Shown here one piece after another: positions 12,369-26,695 of a stretch of 64,000 nucleotides of DNA. Within the stretch, counting starts at the first letter, position 1, and the number at the start of each line of letters is the position of its first letter. Position numbers and translations under genes: made by a program. A model generated the notes under the pieces. It was not told the DNA's origin and did not search any database. It saw only the letters and a list, made by a program, of their open reading frames with translations. This DNA comes from Eledone cirrhosa (Eukaryota), in NCBI GenBank assembly GCA_964016885.1, contig OZ024746.1, positions 69,998,001 through 70,062,000 of the forward strand, written 5' to 3'.

Positions 12369-14468
12369 TTACCGTATTTTTGGTAGAGGAGGGATGGTTT
12401 TTACATCCCTTTTCACTTGATCGTCTGGTGAAGGGACCGTTGAATCGTCCCTTCGGCTGGTCGTCGGCTCTTCTAAGAGAATGTCTGAATATACTCTTCG
12501 ATTAATGGTTCCTCCTAGGTCCCTGAAATCACCAACTGCGTTGGGGAATTTCGTTTTAATGTTTGTGTATTGTTTCTGTGCTATTTTTAGCAGTCTTATG
12601 TTAGTTGGCGTTTTGATTGGTGCTGGTATTATGTAGTCCTGTTGTGAAATGTCTGTGTGTTCAATTATGTAAGTCATTAGTTTCTTGTTGTGTGTGTTTA
12701 TTGCCGTGCATTTGTTTTTCTGGGGGTGGGGTGTGGTTCTGCTATTTTCTTGTCGTTGTTGCTGGGTGTGTGTGTTTTGTTGTTGTGTTTGCGATGTTGG
12801 TGCTTGTGGTGGTGGTGTTGAAGGTGTTGTTGGCGGTGGGGTTGTCGCCGGTGGTGATGGTGGTGCTGGTGTGGGTGGTGATGGTGTTGGTGGTGTTGCT
12901 GCTGTGGGTCTCTTTGCAGTAGACTTTACCCTTTTCTCATTTCTTTCCTCCCTTTTCAAAGGCGACGATGCGCTGCTTCTGCGTTTGTGCCTTCTTGAGA
13001 CCTTTTGCCATCCCTCTCCCACCTCACACTCCATGTCTGATTCTGTAAGGTCGGGGAGGGGTACCAGCTCCACTCTTTCACTTGTTGTTGTTGGTGATGT
13101 TTGCACTGGAGTCTCTGTTGCAGCTGCATTTGGTATTGCTGTTGTTGTTGTTAATATTTCCACTGCTGCTGCTGTCTTTGATTTCCGTGGAGTGGGTATG
13201 GGTGCCACGGACCTATCGTTCCTGGTTGCCGCTTGTCCTGTTGCTGGTAGCCGTGGAACCGGATTCGGGAGGAGGGGGGTTTTCTCCTTTCTCAGGGTCT
13301 TCTCGTTGCAGAAGGCCCTGAGGTGAGTCTTCGATCCACAGCGAAAGCATTTCGGGCGTTTGCCCTCAACACTTATGGGCAGTTGAGTGCCGTTATCGAA
13401 GTCTATCACATCCGGGATAGCTTCGATGCACTCCTGGTTGGTTTGGATTAGCATCTCAATGGAGGAGCCGACCCAATCTTCTCTTACTTTTTTCTGTACT
13501 TGCAGTACAGTTGTTTTGTCCTCGATTCCGACGAGGACAGACGCGGCCAGCCAAGAAGGGGTCATTCCGGGGGGGACGTGGGTCAGTTTGACCCTCACAA
13601 TTTTTTGCCCGCAGTAGGAGGGCACCAACACCATTTCCTCGCTCCTTAGGGTCACTACTGATTGGGCCTTTGCCTCCTGGGGTGTGGCAAAAAGTACGTC
13701 TACGGTGGCGTATTTTTTGCCTCGGGTGATGTGCGTTTTCCTCTGCCACACAGACCCCAAGGCTTTTTGTATTTGGGCCTCTGTGGCTCTTTCCACCCTA
13801 CGGGATTTTGTACTTACTGTACGGTACGTGACCGTACAGTGCTCTTGGGTTTCGAAAAAATTTTTCGCTGCCTTGCAGATTGCTCGGTGTCCGTTCTTTG
13901 TCACCATCTTCTTCGCTTCCTCTAATTCCTCATTTGTTATGAGGATTGTTTCCAGGTTTTTCGCAATACCTGCAAATGAGATTGGTTTTTCTCTGCTGTT
14001 GTTGTTGTCGTCAGAGCTGCTGGTACTTTTGTTGTTGCTGCAGGTACTACGACTACTGCCTCCGCCGCTGTTGCTGTGGTTGTTGTTGGTGTTGCTGCTG
14101 CTAATGCTGTTGTTGTTTATGCTGCTGGTGATGCTGTTGCGGCTGCTACTGTTGTTTTCATTGTCACTGTTGCTGTTGTTATTACGGCTGCTACTGCTAT
14201 TATTCCTGACGTCAGACGAATGAACTGGGTTTTCGTATTTCCCGCACACCTGTTTCGTCGCTGTCGTCGTCGTCGTGGAGAAACCTTGCACGCTTTGCAC
14301 GAGACTTTTCTTTTCTTTCGTCGCTTGCGAAAGAGAAGGTAGGGAGAGAGACACATTTAAAGAAGGGAGGGAGAGAGACAATCTTCTCTCTCCTGTAGTG
14401 ATGATTGAGGAAGAAGAAGACGGAATGAGTGGGAGTGACGTGTGAAATTTTTTTTTTTTGGTAGCCAT
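12369..14468 (-). CDS. ORF1 gag-like nucleic-acid-binding protein, 699 aa from MATKKKK
   Basis: Zinc knuckle CFRCGSKTHLRAFC (CX2CX4HX4C), basic patch WQKVSRRHKRR, S/N-rich and P/T/Q-rich low-complexity regions; lies directly upstream of ORF2. Confidence 0.9.
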   Translation of the reverse strand: MATKKKKFHTSLPLIPSSSSSIITTGERRLSLSLPSLNVSLSLPSLSQATKEKKSLVQSVQGFSTTTTTATKQVCGKYENPVHSSDVRNNSSSSRNNNSNSDNENNSSSRNSITSSINNNSISSSNTNNNHSNSGGGSSRSTCSNNKSTSSSDDNNNSREKPISFAGIAKNLETILITNEELEEAKKMVTKNGHRAICKAAKNFFETQEHCTVTYRTVSTKSRRVERATEAQIQKALGSVWQRKTHITRGKKYATVDVLFATPQEAKAQSVVTLRSEEMVLVPSYCGQKIVRVKLTHVPPGMTPSWLAASVLVGIEDKTTVLQVQKKVREDWVGSSIEMLIQTNQECIEAIPDVIDFDNGTQLPISVEGKRPKCFRCGSKTHLRAFCNEKTLRKEKTPLLPNPVPRLPATGQAATRNDRSVAPIPTPRKSKTAAAVEILTTTTAIPNAAATETPVQTSPTTTSERVELVPLPDLTESDMECEVGEGWQKVSRRHKRRSSASSPLKREERNEKRVKSTAKRPTAATPPTPSPPTPAPPSPPATTPPPTTPSTPPPQAPTSQTQQQNTHTQQQRQENSRTTPHPQKNKCTAINTHNKKLMTYIIEHTDISQQDYIIPAPIKTPTNIRLLKIAQKQYTNIKTKFPNAVGDFRDLGGTINRRVYSDILLEEPTTSRRDDSTVPSPDDQVKRDVKTIPPLPKIR

Positions 14469-14681
14469 GTTTTTTTGTTTAAAATGAAATTTTGGGTACA
14501 AAACCCCAATAACTGGCTATTTAACCCCGAAGGGCCAAATAACGGACAGAAAGACCCCTCTCACGAGGAGGAGGGTGTCTTTATCAACAATTTGGTTCAA
14601 GTTTTAAACAATTTACAATTGTTTTAACGGTTAAAAATTACTATACCTTACAGAGCCGAGCCTCCGTCAACCATGGCATTC

Positions 14682-14793
<112 letters not shown>

Positions 14794-14982
14794 AAAGACT
14801 AGATAGATAGATAGATAGAAAGTTGAAACTTGTAGCAAATATAACCAATTCCATACTGTGTACTCGTAAACAAATGCAGGGGAAAACAGCGCCCCCTACA
14901 GAGTTTTGCAGAAACTAGATTGTCAAATTACTGCTAAAAGATGTCGTCTTTATTGATGCATCGAAACTCATAAGTATGCATT

Positions 14983-15093
<111 letters not shown>

Positions 15094-15156
15094 GTATATA
15101 TATGTATATATGTATATATATCTATATGTATACATATATATATGTATATACATAAG

Positions 15157-15270
<114 letters not shown>

Positions 15271-15273
15271 TAT

Positions 15274-15648
15274 ATAGTATAAAAAAAGAAAAATCAGTGA
15301 TGCATCTGGACTCTGTTTATTGCGTGTTACAATTGTTTCGCCGGCAGGTAGCTCGATACATGATCACTGTATGGATCTGGCTGATTCTACGGCTGCAGGT
15401 TCCTTCGGACACGGGTAGTTCGTTCGGAGCAAATTCTCTCACGTGAGAGAATTTGCTCCCAACGAACTACCCGTGTGATCATGTCTCGAGCTACCTGCCG
15501 GCGAAACAATTGTAACACGCAATAAACTGAGTTCAGATGCATCACTGATTTTTCGTTTTTTTAATACTATCCACACTCTACTCTGTATGAATATTGAGTG
15601 CTAATTTTGGCATACCGCCTATGGAAGCACCATAGCTACCATTATACA
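15274..15648 (+). mobile_element. PLE-like fold-back terminus (family 2) with tail, in (TA)n
   Basis: IR 15274-15367 / 15475-15570; inner hairpin 15409-15476 centred on CACGTG; hammerhead 3' half CGAAACAATTGTA; tail with ggcataccgcctatggaagc. Confidence 0.75.
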
Positions 15649-15741
15649 CAAGTATATATGAATATATATATATATATATACACATATATATATACGCATA
15701 TATATATTATATATATATGCGTATATATATATGTGTATATA

Positions 15742-15818
<77 letters not shown>

Positions 15819-16237
15819 GTATGCATATATATATATGTGTGTATATATATATATAATATAATATATAATATATATATATATATGTATATATAGATATATA
15901 TATAAATATGTATATATGTATATATATATGTATATATATATGTGTATATATATTTATATATATAAGTATGTACACGTTCATACATATATGTATACAGACG
16001 TACAGTAGTATGTATATATATATATACATACATGCACACATATATATATGTACGTAATGAAATTTCGTTTCATTTTTTCCGATTATTTATATATATGAAT
16101 ATATATATATATAAATATGTGTATATATATATATATATGAATATATATATATACACATATATATATACATATATATATATATGTATATATATGTATATAT
16201 ATGTGTATATCACAGAGACACACACAGACACACACAG

Positions 16238-16268
<31 letters not shown>

Positions 16269-16896
16269 CATACACACTCACACATTCACATACAGAGGTA
16301 CACACACACACATGCATACACGCGTTGAGGTACATGCGCGCGCGCGCACACACACACATGTATGTATGCATGTGCATGTGCATGTGTGTGTATGTGTGTG
16401 TATGTGTGTGTATATGTGTGTATGTGTATGGTGATCAGCTTTTACTGAAAACTTGACCGTCTAATCTACAGGAGAGAGTATGTTAATAGGAAAACATTAA
16501 TAGACAACACATCTATATTACAACGGATTTGCCACAAAACAAGCGATAAATGACAGTACTAGATAACACAGATAAACGCTAATATATTTAAGAAACAGTA
16601 ATCACAAACAAAAATATAGACTTAATAGTGTCATGAGATATACCGTTTTATGTCTATTATTTCCATGATTGATTGCATGAGCTGGATGAAACTCTGTATT
16701 TACCCCAGGTTTTGTGGATGTTAAGCGACAGAAAGTTCAAATATCCCTAGATAATCCTTGTCATTTTCAAGAGAGAGAACTTCAAAGAACTTATACGACA
16801 ATATATATATATATTCGGTGATTAAAAAACATACTAAAAAACATACGTGCCAATCTATCCCCCCCCCCCTCTCTTTTTCTCTCATTCTTTCACTCC

Positions 16897-16974
<78 letters not shown>

Positions 16975-17057
16975 AAAAGGTAAACAGAAATGACAACACA
17001 ATCGGTACAGTATATGGAAGGGATATATTAGGTTAAGGCTTGATATAGCAGGAAGAG

Positions 17058-17095
17058 GGTCTTAACGTTTCGAACGCTAGTCCTTCATCAGAAGA
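17058..17095 (-). ncRNA. Minimal type I hammerhead-like motif in a PLE remnant (about 16975-17310)
   Basis: TCTT CTGATGA A GGAC TAGC GTTC GAAACGTT AAGA: stem I TCTT/AAGA, palindromic AACGTT in stem III, one extra nucleotide before stem II. Confidence 0.65.
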
Positions 17096-17306
17096 AAGAA
17101 TGAGAAATAAGATAGACTGAGGGGACGGGCGGGTTGGAATTGGAAAAAAATGTACGTTGCCCCTTCTATCAGGAGTTGCGACCGGTAGATAGTATCAGCA
17201 ATGGAAAGACCAATGGAAACATTGTTTCCTTGGTTCGATTTGGTGAAGTCCACCCCACCCGGCAAGCCGAATGAGGTATGGGATCTTGTCGATCGATCAG
17301 AGCGAG

Positions 17307-17362
<56 letters not shown>

Positions 17363-17966
17363 GAAACACGTGGGACATATACAGGAAACAAAAAAAATCA
17401 GAAGAGATAAACTCATGGTCAATTCCCGCTTCTCGGCTGTCTTCTGAGGATCACTGTAGTTTCGGATACTTCCAGAGACATGGCTATTCACCACCAGTGC
17501 ATCAACAGTATAGGAAGATTGCTATTCGAGATGGAAACGTAACGGACGTTGGACAAAAAAAACAAAACAAAAAAAATAAAAACAGACGAAATATTTACAT
17601 ACCGGGCAGGAAAATTAGTACAATCGAATGCAACACATAAATGTGGTTAGGTAACTGTAATTGGAATAAAGAAATTAATATATCTTAATTAGAGCAACCA
17701 CCCCAGAACTAATATTAATAGACAAGAGACGGGGCGAAGTAAACTGATCAACTCAGTGGTCGAACTAGAAAAGAATGAGACAGAGGCTTGATGGATACGT
17801 AAAATTATTAATCATATTGTCTGACAAAAGTATAGGTTAACCAAATTGATATATAGTCACTATTAGAACCTAAGGTCAGCTCTACTAATATAACATTTAA
17901 GAATTTTCATTAGGAGCAGTAACACAATAATTCCTGTGTAAAAATTGTCTAGACAAATGTAGCCAC

Positions 17967-18124
17967 TTTATGCGTGTTTGTGTGTTTGTACGATTATTTA
18001 TGCGTGTTTGTGTGTTTGTACGATTATTTATGCGTGTTTGTGTGTTTGTACGATTATTTATGCGTGTTTGTGTGTTTGTACGATTATTTATGCGTGTTTG
18101 TGTGTTTGTACGATTATTTATGCG
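17967..18124. repeat. 30-bp minisatellite, 5 perfect copies
   Basis: Unit tttatgcgtgtttgtgtgtttgtacgatta. Confidence 0.95.
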
Positions 18125-18182
18125 CAATGACATAAAGAGAGCTGAGAGTAACGTTATTAGATGATCGATTCTTACCATCCAT

Positions 18183-18320
<138 letters not shown>

Positions 18321-18508
18321 CATTCGTTCAGCGCATCGTCCAGGGACGATATTTGCGTTCTCATCAGATAAAATAGGGAGACATGATATGAAGCTTAAAA
18401 AAGATACTTGTGAGCAAAGTAGTGTCTAAACAACATATGATAAATAAATTTAAAAGGATATAGGAGATTGCATTGCTTTATTGTGCTACAATAAAATTCA
18501 CCTTCTAC

Positions 18509-18571
<63 letters not shown>

Positions 18572-18713
18572 GTTAAAATACTGGAGCGTGTTGGAGTTAA
18601 ACACCCTCTTCGTATTATAGAAATGACAGTAAAAGGTATAGCTCAATGTAATTAAACAGAGCCGAAGAATTATGAAAGTAAAACAAAGAAGCCTTCAATA
18701 CATCAAAAGTCTT

Positions 18714-18760
18714 TATTAGCCAACAATGTTTCGTCCTATTAAGGACTCATCAGGGCAATT
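18714..18760 (-). ncRNA. Canonical minimal type I hammerhead ribozyme
   Basis: TTGCC CTGATGA GTCCT TAAT AGGAC GAAAC ATT GTT GGC: intact core, 5-bp stem II with G10.1-C11.1, stem I GCC/GGC. Confidence 0.8.
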
Positions 18761-19625
18761 AAAACAACAAGAAGTATTATCGGCCAATACAAGCCGGAAA
18801 CTCCGAAGAATATGGAGTGTACATACACTAAAGTATTGCAAGATTATGGGTAAAAATATATAATAAAAATATATAATAAAAATCACTAAGGAGGTATAGC
18901 ATTTAGAACCATATTACAAATATAGTCCAAAGCAATATATATGTATTTCCAAAGCAATATATATGTATTTCCAAAGCAATATATATGTATTTCCAAAGAA
19001 AAATAGGATAGTAAGTCAAAGAACTTACTTTTTGTTTCCTTTAACAGGATTTTATTTTTGTATTATTTTGTATACACAGCTTTGTAAAATAAAATTTTCT
19101 CTTAATTTACTCAATTCATTCTCTCTGCGCTTTAGTACAGTCGCCTAGAAAAATCCAACTTTAGGTTATGAACATTTAAATTGTCAGACCTTCTCTACCC
19201 CCCTCCCACACAGGCAAACAGATACACACTCACTCATGTACACATACACACACACACCTATATGAAGGTCCCTTGGGAATTTTTAATCTGGTGGACCCCA
19301 TTCTCTCTCCACAATATATATATATAAACACAGCCACACACCCATCCCCCCCCCCCCACACACACGCAGTGAGTTTTGTTACTCTGGGGTTTTGCTTTTT
19401 TTATTAGAATAACAAGACTCACTACTCAGCCTTAATAAAATGAATATATATATATATTCCGATGATTTGATCAGAGACACACACTGTATTTAAGGTCGAG
19501 TGACACAACTTCGAGTGATTAGCGGCCTTTAGACTCACCTGATCAATGAAACAATTGTTAATACTGTAAATAAAACCCTAAAACCCTTTTTGTACAGTCG
19601 ACCATGTTATTTTTCAATCTTTCAC

Positions 19626-19680
<55 letters not shown>

Positions 19681-19683
<3 letters not shown>

Positions 19684-19770
19684 CGAAGGAAATGTTGTAA
19701 GGAACCAGATGGACCATAACGCACCAGAGTACTCAATACTTAGGGTAGTAGAGTGGGAAATAGGAAAAAG
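19681..19770 (-). mobile_element. Family-1 PLE tail next to (TA)n
   Basis: Reverse complement of 7210-7296 with a few mismatches; diverged copy at 20091-20204. Confidence 0.75.
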
Positions 19771-19777
19771 TATGACA

Positions 19778-20012
19778 AATACCTGGGAGCATTGTAGATA
19801 TCTTTCTAGATAGATATGATTGTAAAAAAAAACAAAAACAAAAAATACCCCCCCCCCCCCCCTCCAAAAAAACATGGACAGAAGAAGAAAAGCGCCTTCT
19901 CTAGTAATTTAACAGCTGATATTAACTAAAGAAAATCCAGTATCCATTTCTTCTTAGTTTACCCGAGTGTTTTTACTACTTCGATATCTTATAACTTCCA
20001 TCACACACACAC

Positions 20013-20016
<4 letters not shown>
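19778..20016. repeat. About 240-bp segment directly duplicated at about 29100-29338
   Basis: aaatacctgggagcattgt...ataacttccatcacacacacacctacac is near-identical at both sites. Confidence 0.9.
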
Positions 20017-20062
<46 letters not shown>

Positions 20063-20204
20063 TTTTCCTATATATATATATATATATATAAATCAGGATG
20101 GATTCAGTTAGAAACTGGTTTGACCATTACTCACCAGAATATTCGTTATTTGGGGGTAGTAGAGTATGGTTATGTTATAAAGAGTGGGATCCCGACTCTT
20201 TATA

Positions 20205-20246
<42 letters not shown>

Positions 20247-20621
20247 CAATGTATCTCATGTGTAGAAAAATATACATTTGCCTTGTGATGGTGTAGATTA
20301 TTTTGAATTCCTCGTATATAGAAAAGTTTGTTTATTTCCCTTGTTACCTTCTACAAACTATAACTTCATTGAATCATTAATTTATAGTTGTAGATCATCA
20401 TTGAAATGGCTTCCATGATTGCGTTTTATTTTCAAGAAAATCCAGTGTTGAGAATAAGAACACTTGAAAAGGGATAAGGCAATGTTTGTTCAGTTTTATT
20501 CCAATATAATTTTCATGTTCTCTATCTTTATCGATAACTTGACGAGTTCAATAAATATTTTTCAAAACATGAAATTATTTTTTAAAAAAATGTTTGCAAT
20601 GCAATGCAATGCAATGCTATG

Positions 20622-20662
<41 letters not shown>

Positions 20663-20941
20663 TATATATATATATATATATATTACTATAAGAAAACACA
20701 AGTGTCACATGACAACCACTTTGTGCTGACTTTAAGAGGAGGTGGTTATTTGATATATATGTCCCCCCCCCGCCCTATCTAGTTTTCTCTCTCTCTCATA
20801 CTGTTGACTAGCAGGTAAGTGATCAACTACTGTTATCTTCAACTATCTATCTCTCTTGGGATGTTAAAACTAAGAACATCTATCTATCTATCTATCTATA
20901 TCTATCCATGTATATCTATCTATTTACCCATCTATCTATAT

Positions 20942-21043
20942 AGTTTATTGTTATTCATCATTGTTAAAGATTTTATATAAAACCCCCGCCGTCACGTCTT
21001 GTAATGTCCCATTTTTGTGCGCCCCTGTGGCAAATAAAGAAAG
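20942..21043 (+). mobile_element. 5'-truncated Tx1-like 3' end inside (TATC)n
   Basis: cccctgtggcaaataaagaaag resembles the full element's terminus cccttgtggttaataaagaaat; (TATC)n on both sides. Confidence 0.65.
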
Positions 21044-21044
21044 A

Positions 21045-21113
<69 letters not shown>

Positions 21114-21261
21114 CTATCTGTCTATCAACATAGCTCTTCCTCGCAGTGTCTCTCCGTCTCTTTCTCTTCCTGTTTCTCAACATGACAGAAGAGAGGATTA
21201 GTTAGTATAATCGTAAGAGTGAAAAAAAAGGGGAGATAAAAAAAAAGAGAAAAGATAATTG

Positions 21262-21420
21262 TTTCTACTTTTGGTACAAGGCCAGCGATTACCCAGTGCA
21301 TTACTGGTACTTTATTTTAACGACCCAGTAAGGATGAAAGGCAAAGTTAACCTCGACGGGATTTGAACTCAGAATGGCAAGGGTCGTAACTCTATGTGTC
21401 AAAGCATGGCGTCCGACAAG
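21262..21420 (-). mobile_element. tRNA-derived SINE, internally deleted variant
   Basis: Same core as 3886-4098. Confidence 0.8.
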
Positions 21421-22508
21421 ATAATGGGAGAGGATTAGAGAAGTAAAACACAGCGACCGTTTTAGTATCAGTGTTTCCATGAGGCTTATCCTACGGACTG
21501 TGAACAATACAAATGCGACAGCGGACCCATAGTAGATTCGTTCAGAGCTAGTCACTTCACCACCATGTCGGTCTCAACGGGGCTTGGAGGCTGTTAGCTT
21601 CCCATCGCAGCTTGAACTAATGTATATAGCTCTATATACTAATGTGTAGGTCATGTACTAATGTATGTAGCTCAATATACTAATGTGTAGCTCAATATAC
21701 TAATATACATAGGTCAATATACCAATACAGTATGCATAGCTCAATATACTTATGTATAGCTCAGTAAACTAATGTATATAACTTGATATACTAAGTTATA
21801 TAGCTCAGTATGGTATGGACGCGTAACTGCTGACGGAGTCGTAGAGGCGCCATGTTGACACACGGCGTTTCTAGGACATTTTTTTAACCTGGCGAAGCCC
21901 AGCCCTCTCCAGGCATGAGTACAGCAGATTTCTTCCAAAGAAGAAGGATAGAGAGTGAGAGAATGGAAGTGAGAAAGTGATATAGAGGAAGAATCGACTC
22001 CAGCTACTTTCCCTTCTCTGCTAATTCTTTGCTTCTACAGCTCAGTGTAGCTATATACTAATGTATATAGCTCAGTATAGCTCAACACGCTACAATTTAA
22101 TCTACGCTGTCGCCTCCACATCTACCCTATCATAGTTCAGTATTGCGTGCCAGACTATATAAATAAATAAATAAGACTGAAACTTTATTTTCTTAAAACC
22201 ATGTGTAATAGACACTTTATAACAGTGAAACTGTTTAAATCAGTAACTTTCAACGATGTCTTTACTTTCACTACTCCATACCAGTCTCCATTTATTAAAA
22301 ACTTTTTCTAACTACATAGATTCTGTTAAGATCTTATCCTTCTCTATTTCATTATTACATTATTTCATACCACTCCACCTATCTTACTTTTATTTTCTAC
22401 TTCTTCTTCTTCCATGTTTTTTTCTTCTTTATCCAACTGAAATTTTATTTTTATCGTTTCCTAAATTGTGGTGATTTTTCTTCTAAATCATATATATTGA
22501 TCCTGTTT

Positions 22509-22559
<51 letters not shown>

Positions 22560-22843
22560 TCTATTTGTTTGTTTATTTATTTTCACTCAGCAATATTCTA
22601 ACCGGTTGATAAATAGAAGCAATTCCAACTAGCTTAGATATACGAATGTTGCTTTTATCAAATTGATTCTTTTCATGGTACCTAGTTTAGATCAATATAT
22701 TCTTATCAATGATGGATGACATTAGGTATGTTTCACAGATCTGCAGACAGCCGAGAAAATGCAGCTGTTTAGAAATTTCGTGGTAGGATTTTGAAAAAAA
22801 ACACAAAAACAACATAAGATAGATAGATAGATAGATAGAAAGA

Positions 22844-22928
<85 letters not shown>

Positions 22929-22953
22929 AGAGAGAGAGAGAGAGAGAGAGAGA

Positions 22954-23012
<59 letters not shown>

Positions 23013-24882
23013 GTAAGAACAAGCAGAAGAAAAGTAAAGTGACAGAAAGATGGAATGAAAGATAGCCATGTGGAATAGAAGAATAAATAAATGAGTAAAT
23101 GAAAAGAGGAAGAAGAAAGTAAATTCGAAATTGTGAAACAAAATTTAGCTTATTTTCGTACATTTTTTCTTCTTTAGACAAGAATTCTGTAACTGTTATA
23201 GGATTTGTAGCGAAATGTATATATAAAAAACATTTCATCTATTTTGTGACAAATTGGCAATTAGATGAAAATGGAACTAGATACAGACTTTCGTTATTGA
23301 TATACTTTTATATATTTAGTTTCGTACAAAAGGACGTGAATGTCGAACAGAAATTATGAGAATTCACAAAGACAAAATAAAAGAAATAATATAAAATGAA
23401 ATAAAATAGATTGATAAATGATAAAAATACAACTTAACCAGTTAGGTAGTATGATATTCTTATGGCTTTTGCAAGAAACTACGGAAATATAGATCGTTGT
23501 GTAAGTAACTTGTGTTTACATTACTTCTGATGAACACGAAATGTACTAAGTTTATTCAGATGGAAAAGCTGAATAAAAAAAGACTAAGAAGAAACATACA
23601 ATGATTAGATTAGATTTCTCTAGATTATTATTATTTTTTTTCATAGGAAAACGACACAAGTTCTGTTCATTAAGTGGTCCACCAATTTCACAAATTGATG
23701 GCATATTTGTCTTGTGAATAAGCTTTTTGCATAGAGTAAAAATGTATAAAATTGGAATTTCTTGCTATTATCGTAATATTTTCTATTTATTTAACCACAA
23801 TATGTTTCAGAATGTTTTGCTAATGCATATTTTATATTACACATAAATATATTATTGTATTTAAGCTTATTTCATGATGTTCTCGATCGATAAGAGATGT
23901 TAAACACTTTGTTATGCTGTCACAAACAGTGAGTCATGTCTTCCAAATCACAGTTAAACTATTATTTGGTTCCATTTACTTAACTGGGAAAGATGTACTA
24001 AAATCCTATATAGAAAGCTGACTACAAACAGTCTCAAAACATCTAAATAAGATTTGATAACAATTTCCCATATAATTCTAAAATAACCTTTTCTGATACC
24101 AAGCCACCTGAAACCACTTTGGGTTCTACGATATAAAGCTGTTTATTTTAAAGTGTTTATATTTATTTTAAAATTTTCCATAATTTCATATAATAACGTT
24201 AGTTCTTATGTTTCAAATACCAACTCAGTAATAAGAAAGTTTCTTATAATGCTAAATCAATCCAAATTATTTTCAAAACTATTAGAAAAAAGGCAGTGTC
24301 TTTCATTTGAAACATGGCATACAGTAAACATTTTATGCAAATTCTCTGTTTCAAATTTGGCAATAGATTCCTTGAGAACCAGTTTCTTCAAGAATCTTAT
24401 TAAGTTGTAATTCAAGTTGTAATTCGAACAGGCTTTAATACATTTATATTTACGCTAGGTTCCAACAAAATACCCAGGTGAAGAAGCATCTCCCTCCTAT
24501 GAACACTCTCAAACAGGTTAGAATATTCATTCTTTATAGTACTAAGACACATTTTCCCTCACCAGATCACAACATGGATTTAAACCACAAGGAGATGATG
24601 GCCAGACACGATTTGCAGCTAAATATTCTTCAAATTCTATCATACCATCTTTAAAATCTATGAATATAGTATGCTAGAAAGAAAGCCGAGAAGGCCATGG
24701 CTTAAGTGGCAGTCGAACAATATAAGTCAGTCACGGGGAAAGATATATATAAATCATATGGATGCCATCAGAAATCTAGAAAGGCAATGATTCAGTGCGA
24801 GAAAAAAAGTCTAAAACCTTAAATATTAGCATAAATAACATTTATTCAAGAATATCTCAATAAATACACATTTAAGAAACAA

Positions 24883-24950
<68 letters not shown>

Positions 24951-26302
24951 ACAACAACAACAATAACAACAACAACAGAAAGTGTCGTTAGTGTATCTTT
25001 TCACATCACAAATCCTCACAGAATACATCCTAACACTTTGCACAGAAAAATAAATCTTACAAACATAATTCAACAGTTGCAATAAAGAGCAGTAACAGCT
25101 TGAAAAATACCTTTATGAAACTAAACTATTTATCATCACAAACAAGATTCCCGTTCAGGTAGTTCTAGAAATATGTTTACAACAACCACAACGCCAGGAA
25201 ACACATAACCACTATTACATTCCTATAAGGTTGGACAGATCAAATCACTTCTGGTTGTTTACTGATCGCATCAGTGGACCTCCTATACAACGAAACAAAA
25301 ATACCTAAAATAAAAAACCATTTAGACATGCTAAGGGCATAATTTGTTTCCACAGCAAATTTCAACCCCCACAGTCCTCAGTCCTACTAGAATCCCCCTC
25401 CCTTCAAACACATATTCATCATCCCAGAAAAGTATCTTAAAATTACTACTTCTCTCATATACATCTTAGACAAACATAAAAATTTAATATTCATGGAAAT
25501 AATTATAACATCTACACACGGTAAATACTAAATACAGAAGAACCTGCAACTATCGTGCTTTGGCCTTGTGTACTTTGCCAATCTCAACAGTAGTCACCAC
25601 CATAAACAGACAGGAATATGAAGGGAGTACCACATACCCATACTGTCAAACTCTATTCCATGCATTTAATCACTACATGACAAAGTCTAGGGTATCATTT
25701 TCATCTAGACGGAGGTACGGTATTGTCGTATTATGTTCGTTTTATTATTCTTTCATAGTTTGGTCAAAGCCTGGAGATAATCTCAATTTCATGGAGTCTT
25801 CTCTGGGCGAGAATTACATCAAGGATGTACGTGTCTGATGACTGCTCTGCTACTTAAACTATAAAACAAAATAGACTGTACATGTAATTCAAAGGACCAG
25901 TCTGCTAATACACACTGCTTCAGACTGAATCTCCGTAAAAATTACGGTATAGTGCACGTATCTGTAGAATGCTGATCTACTTGTACGCTAATTTTATGAG
26001 CAGTCTATTCTGTAGATCGAACATCACTCATCGTCGAGACTAACGGAGGTCCATTCTATTCCAGACTGTCAAGCTTCAAAGTTTTATCTTACTCGATTCC
26101 GTAAAAGTATTTTCTAACGCCAATAGAAGAAAAAACAGAAGTTCCCTAGTAAAATCGATTAAGCCAGTACAACATCGTATTTCTAACACATAGGAGGGAT
26201 GCGCTCAATTTCGTCTACACTCTTCTTCATTTCTTTTCTTTCCTATTTCTTCACCACCCATTTCGACGTTTCCAATACATTAACTATTTGTTTGTTGATT
26301 TG

Positions 26303-26335
<33 letters not shown>

Positions 26336-26342
26336 ATATCTA

Positions 26343-26378
26343 TATTCTTTTGTGCCCCTGTGGCTAATAAAGAAACAT
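26343..26378 (+). mobile_element. Very short Tx1-like 3' end inside (TATC)n
   Basis: ttttgtgcccctgtggctaataaagaaac flanked by (TATC)n. Confidence 0.6.
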
Positions 26379-26522
26379 ATCTATCTATCTATCTATTTAT
26401 CCATATATGTGTTTGTATTTGTTTGCTTTATTTCTCTCTCTCTCTCTCTCCCACTCTCTTTCCCTCTCTCTCTCCTACTCTCTCCCTCTCTGTCTCTCCC
26501 ACTCTCTGTCCTCCCAATCTCT

Positions 26523-26576
<54 letters not shown>

Positions 26577-26601
26577 TTATGTATTTGTGTTTGCTTGTTC
26601 A

Positions 26602-26695
<94 letters not shown>

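Larger units (their letters stand above)
8652..14681 (-). mobile_element. Full-length intact Tx1/L1-clade non-LTR retrotransposon inserted in (AAT)n
   Basis: About 210-bp 5' UTR, ORF1, 35-bp spacer, ORF2, about 260-bp 3' UTR ending AATAAAGAAATC. (AAT)n at 8599-8651 and 14682-14740. GC-rich relative to the flanks. Confidence 0.93.

Noticed and set aside
9241-14342. Plus-strand ORFs overlapping the LINE
   Set aside because: Antisense shadows of GC-rich ORF1 and ORF2.
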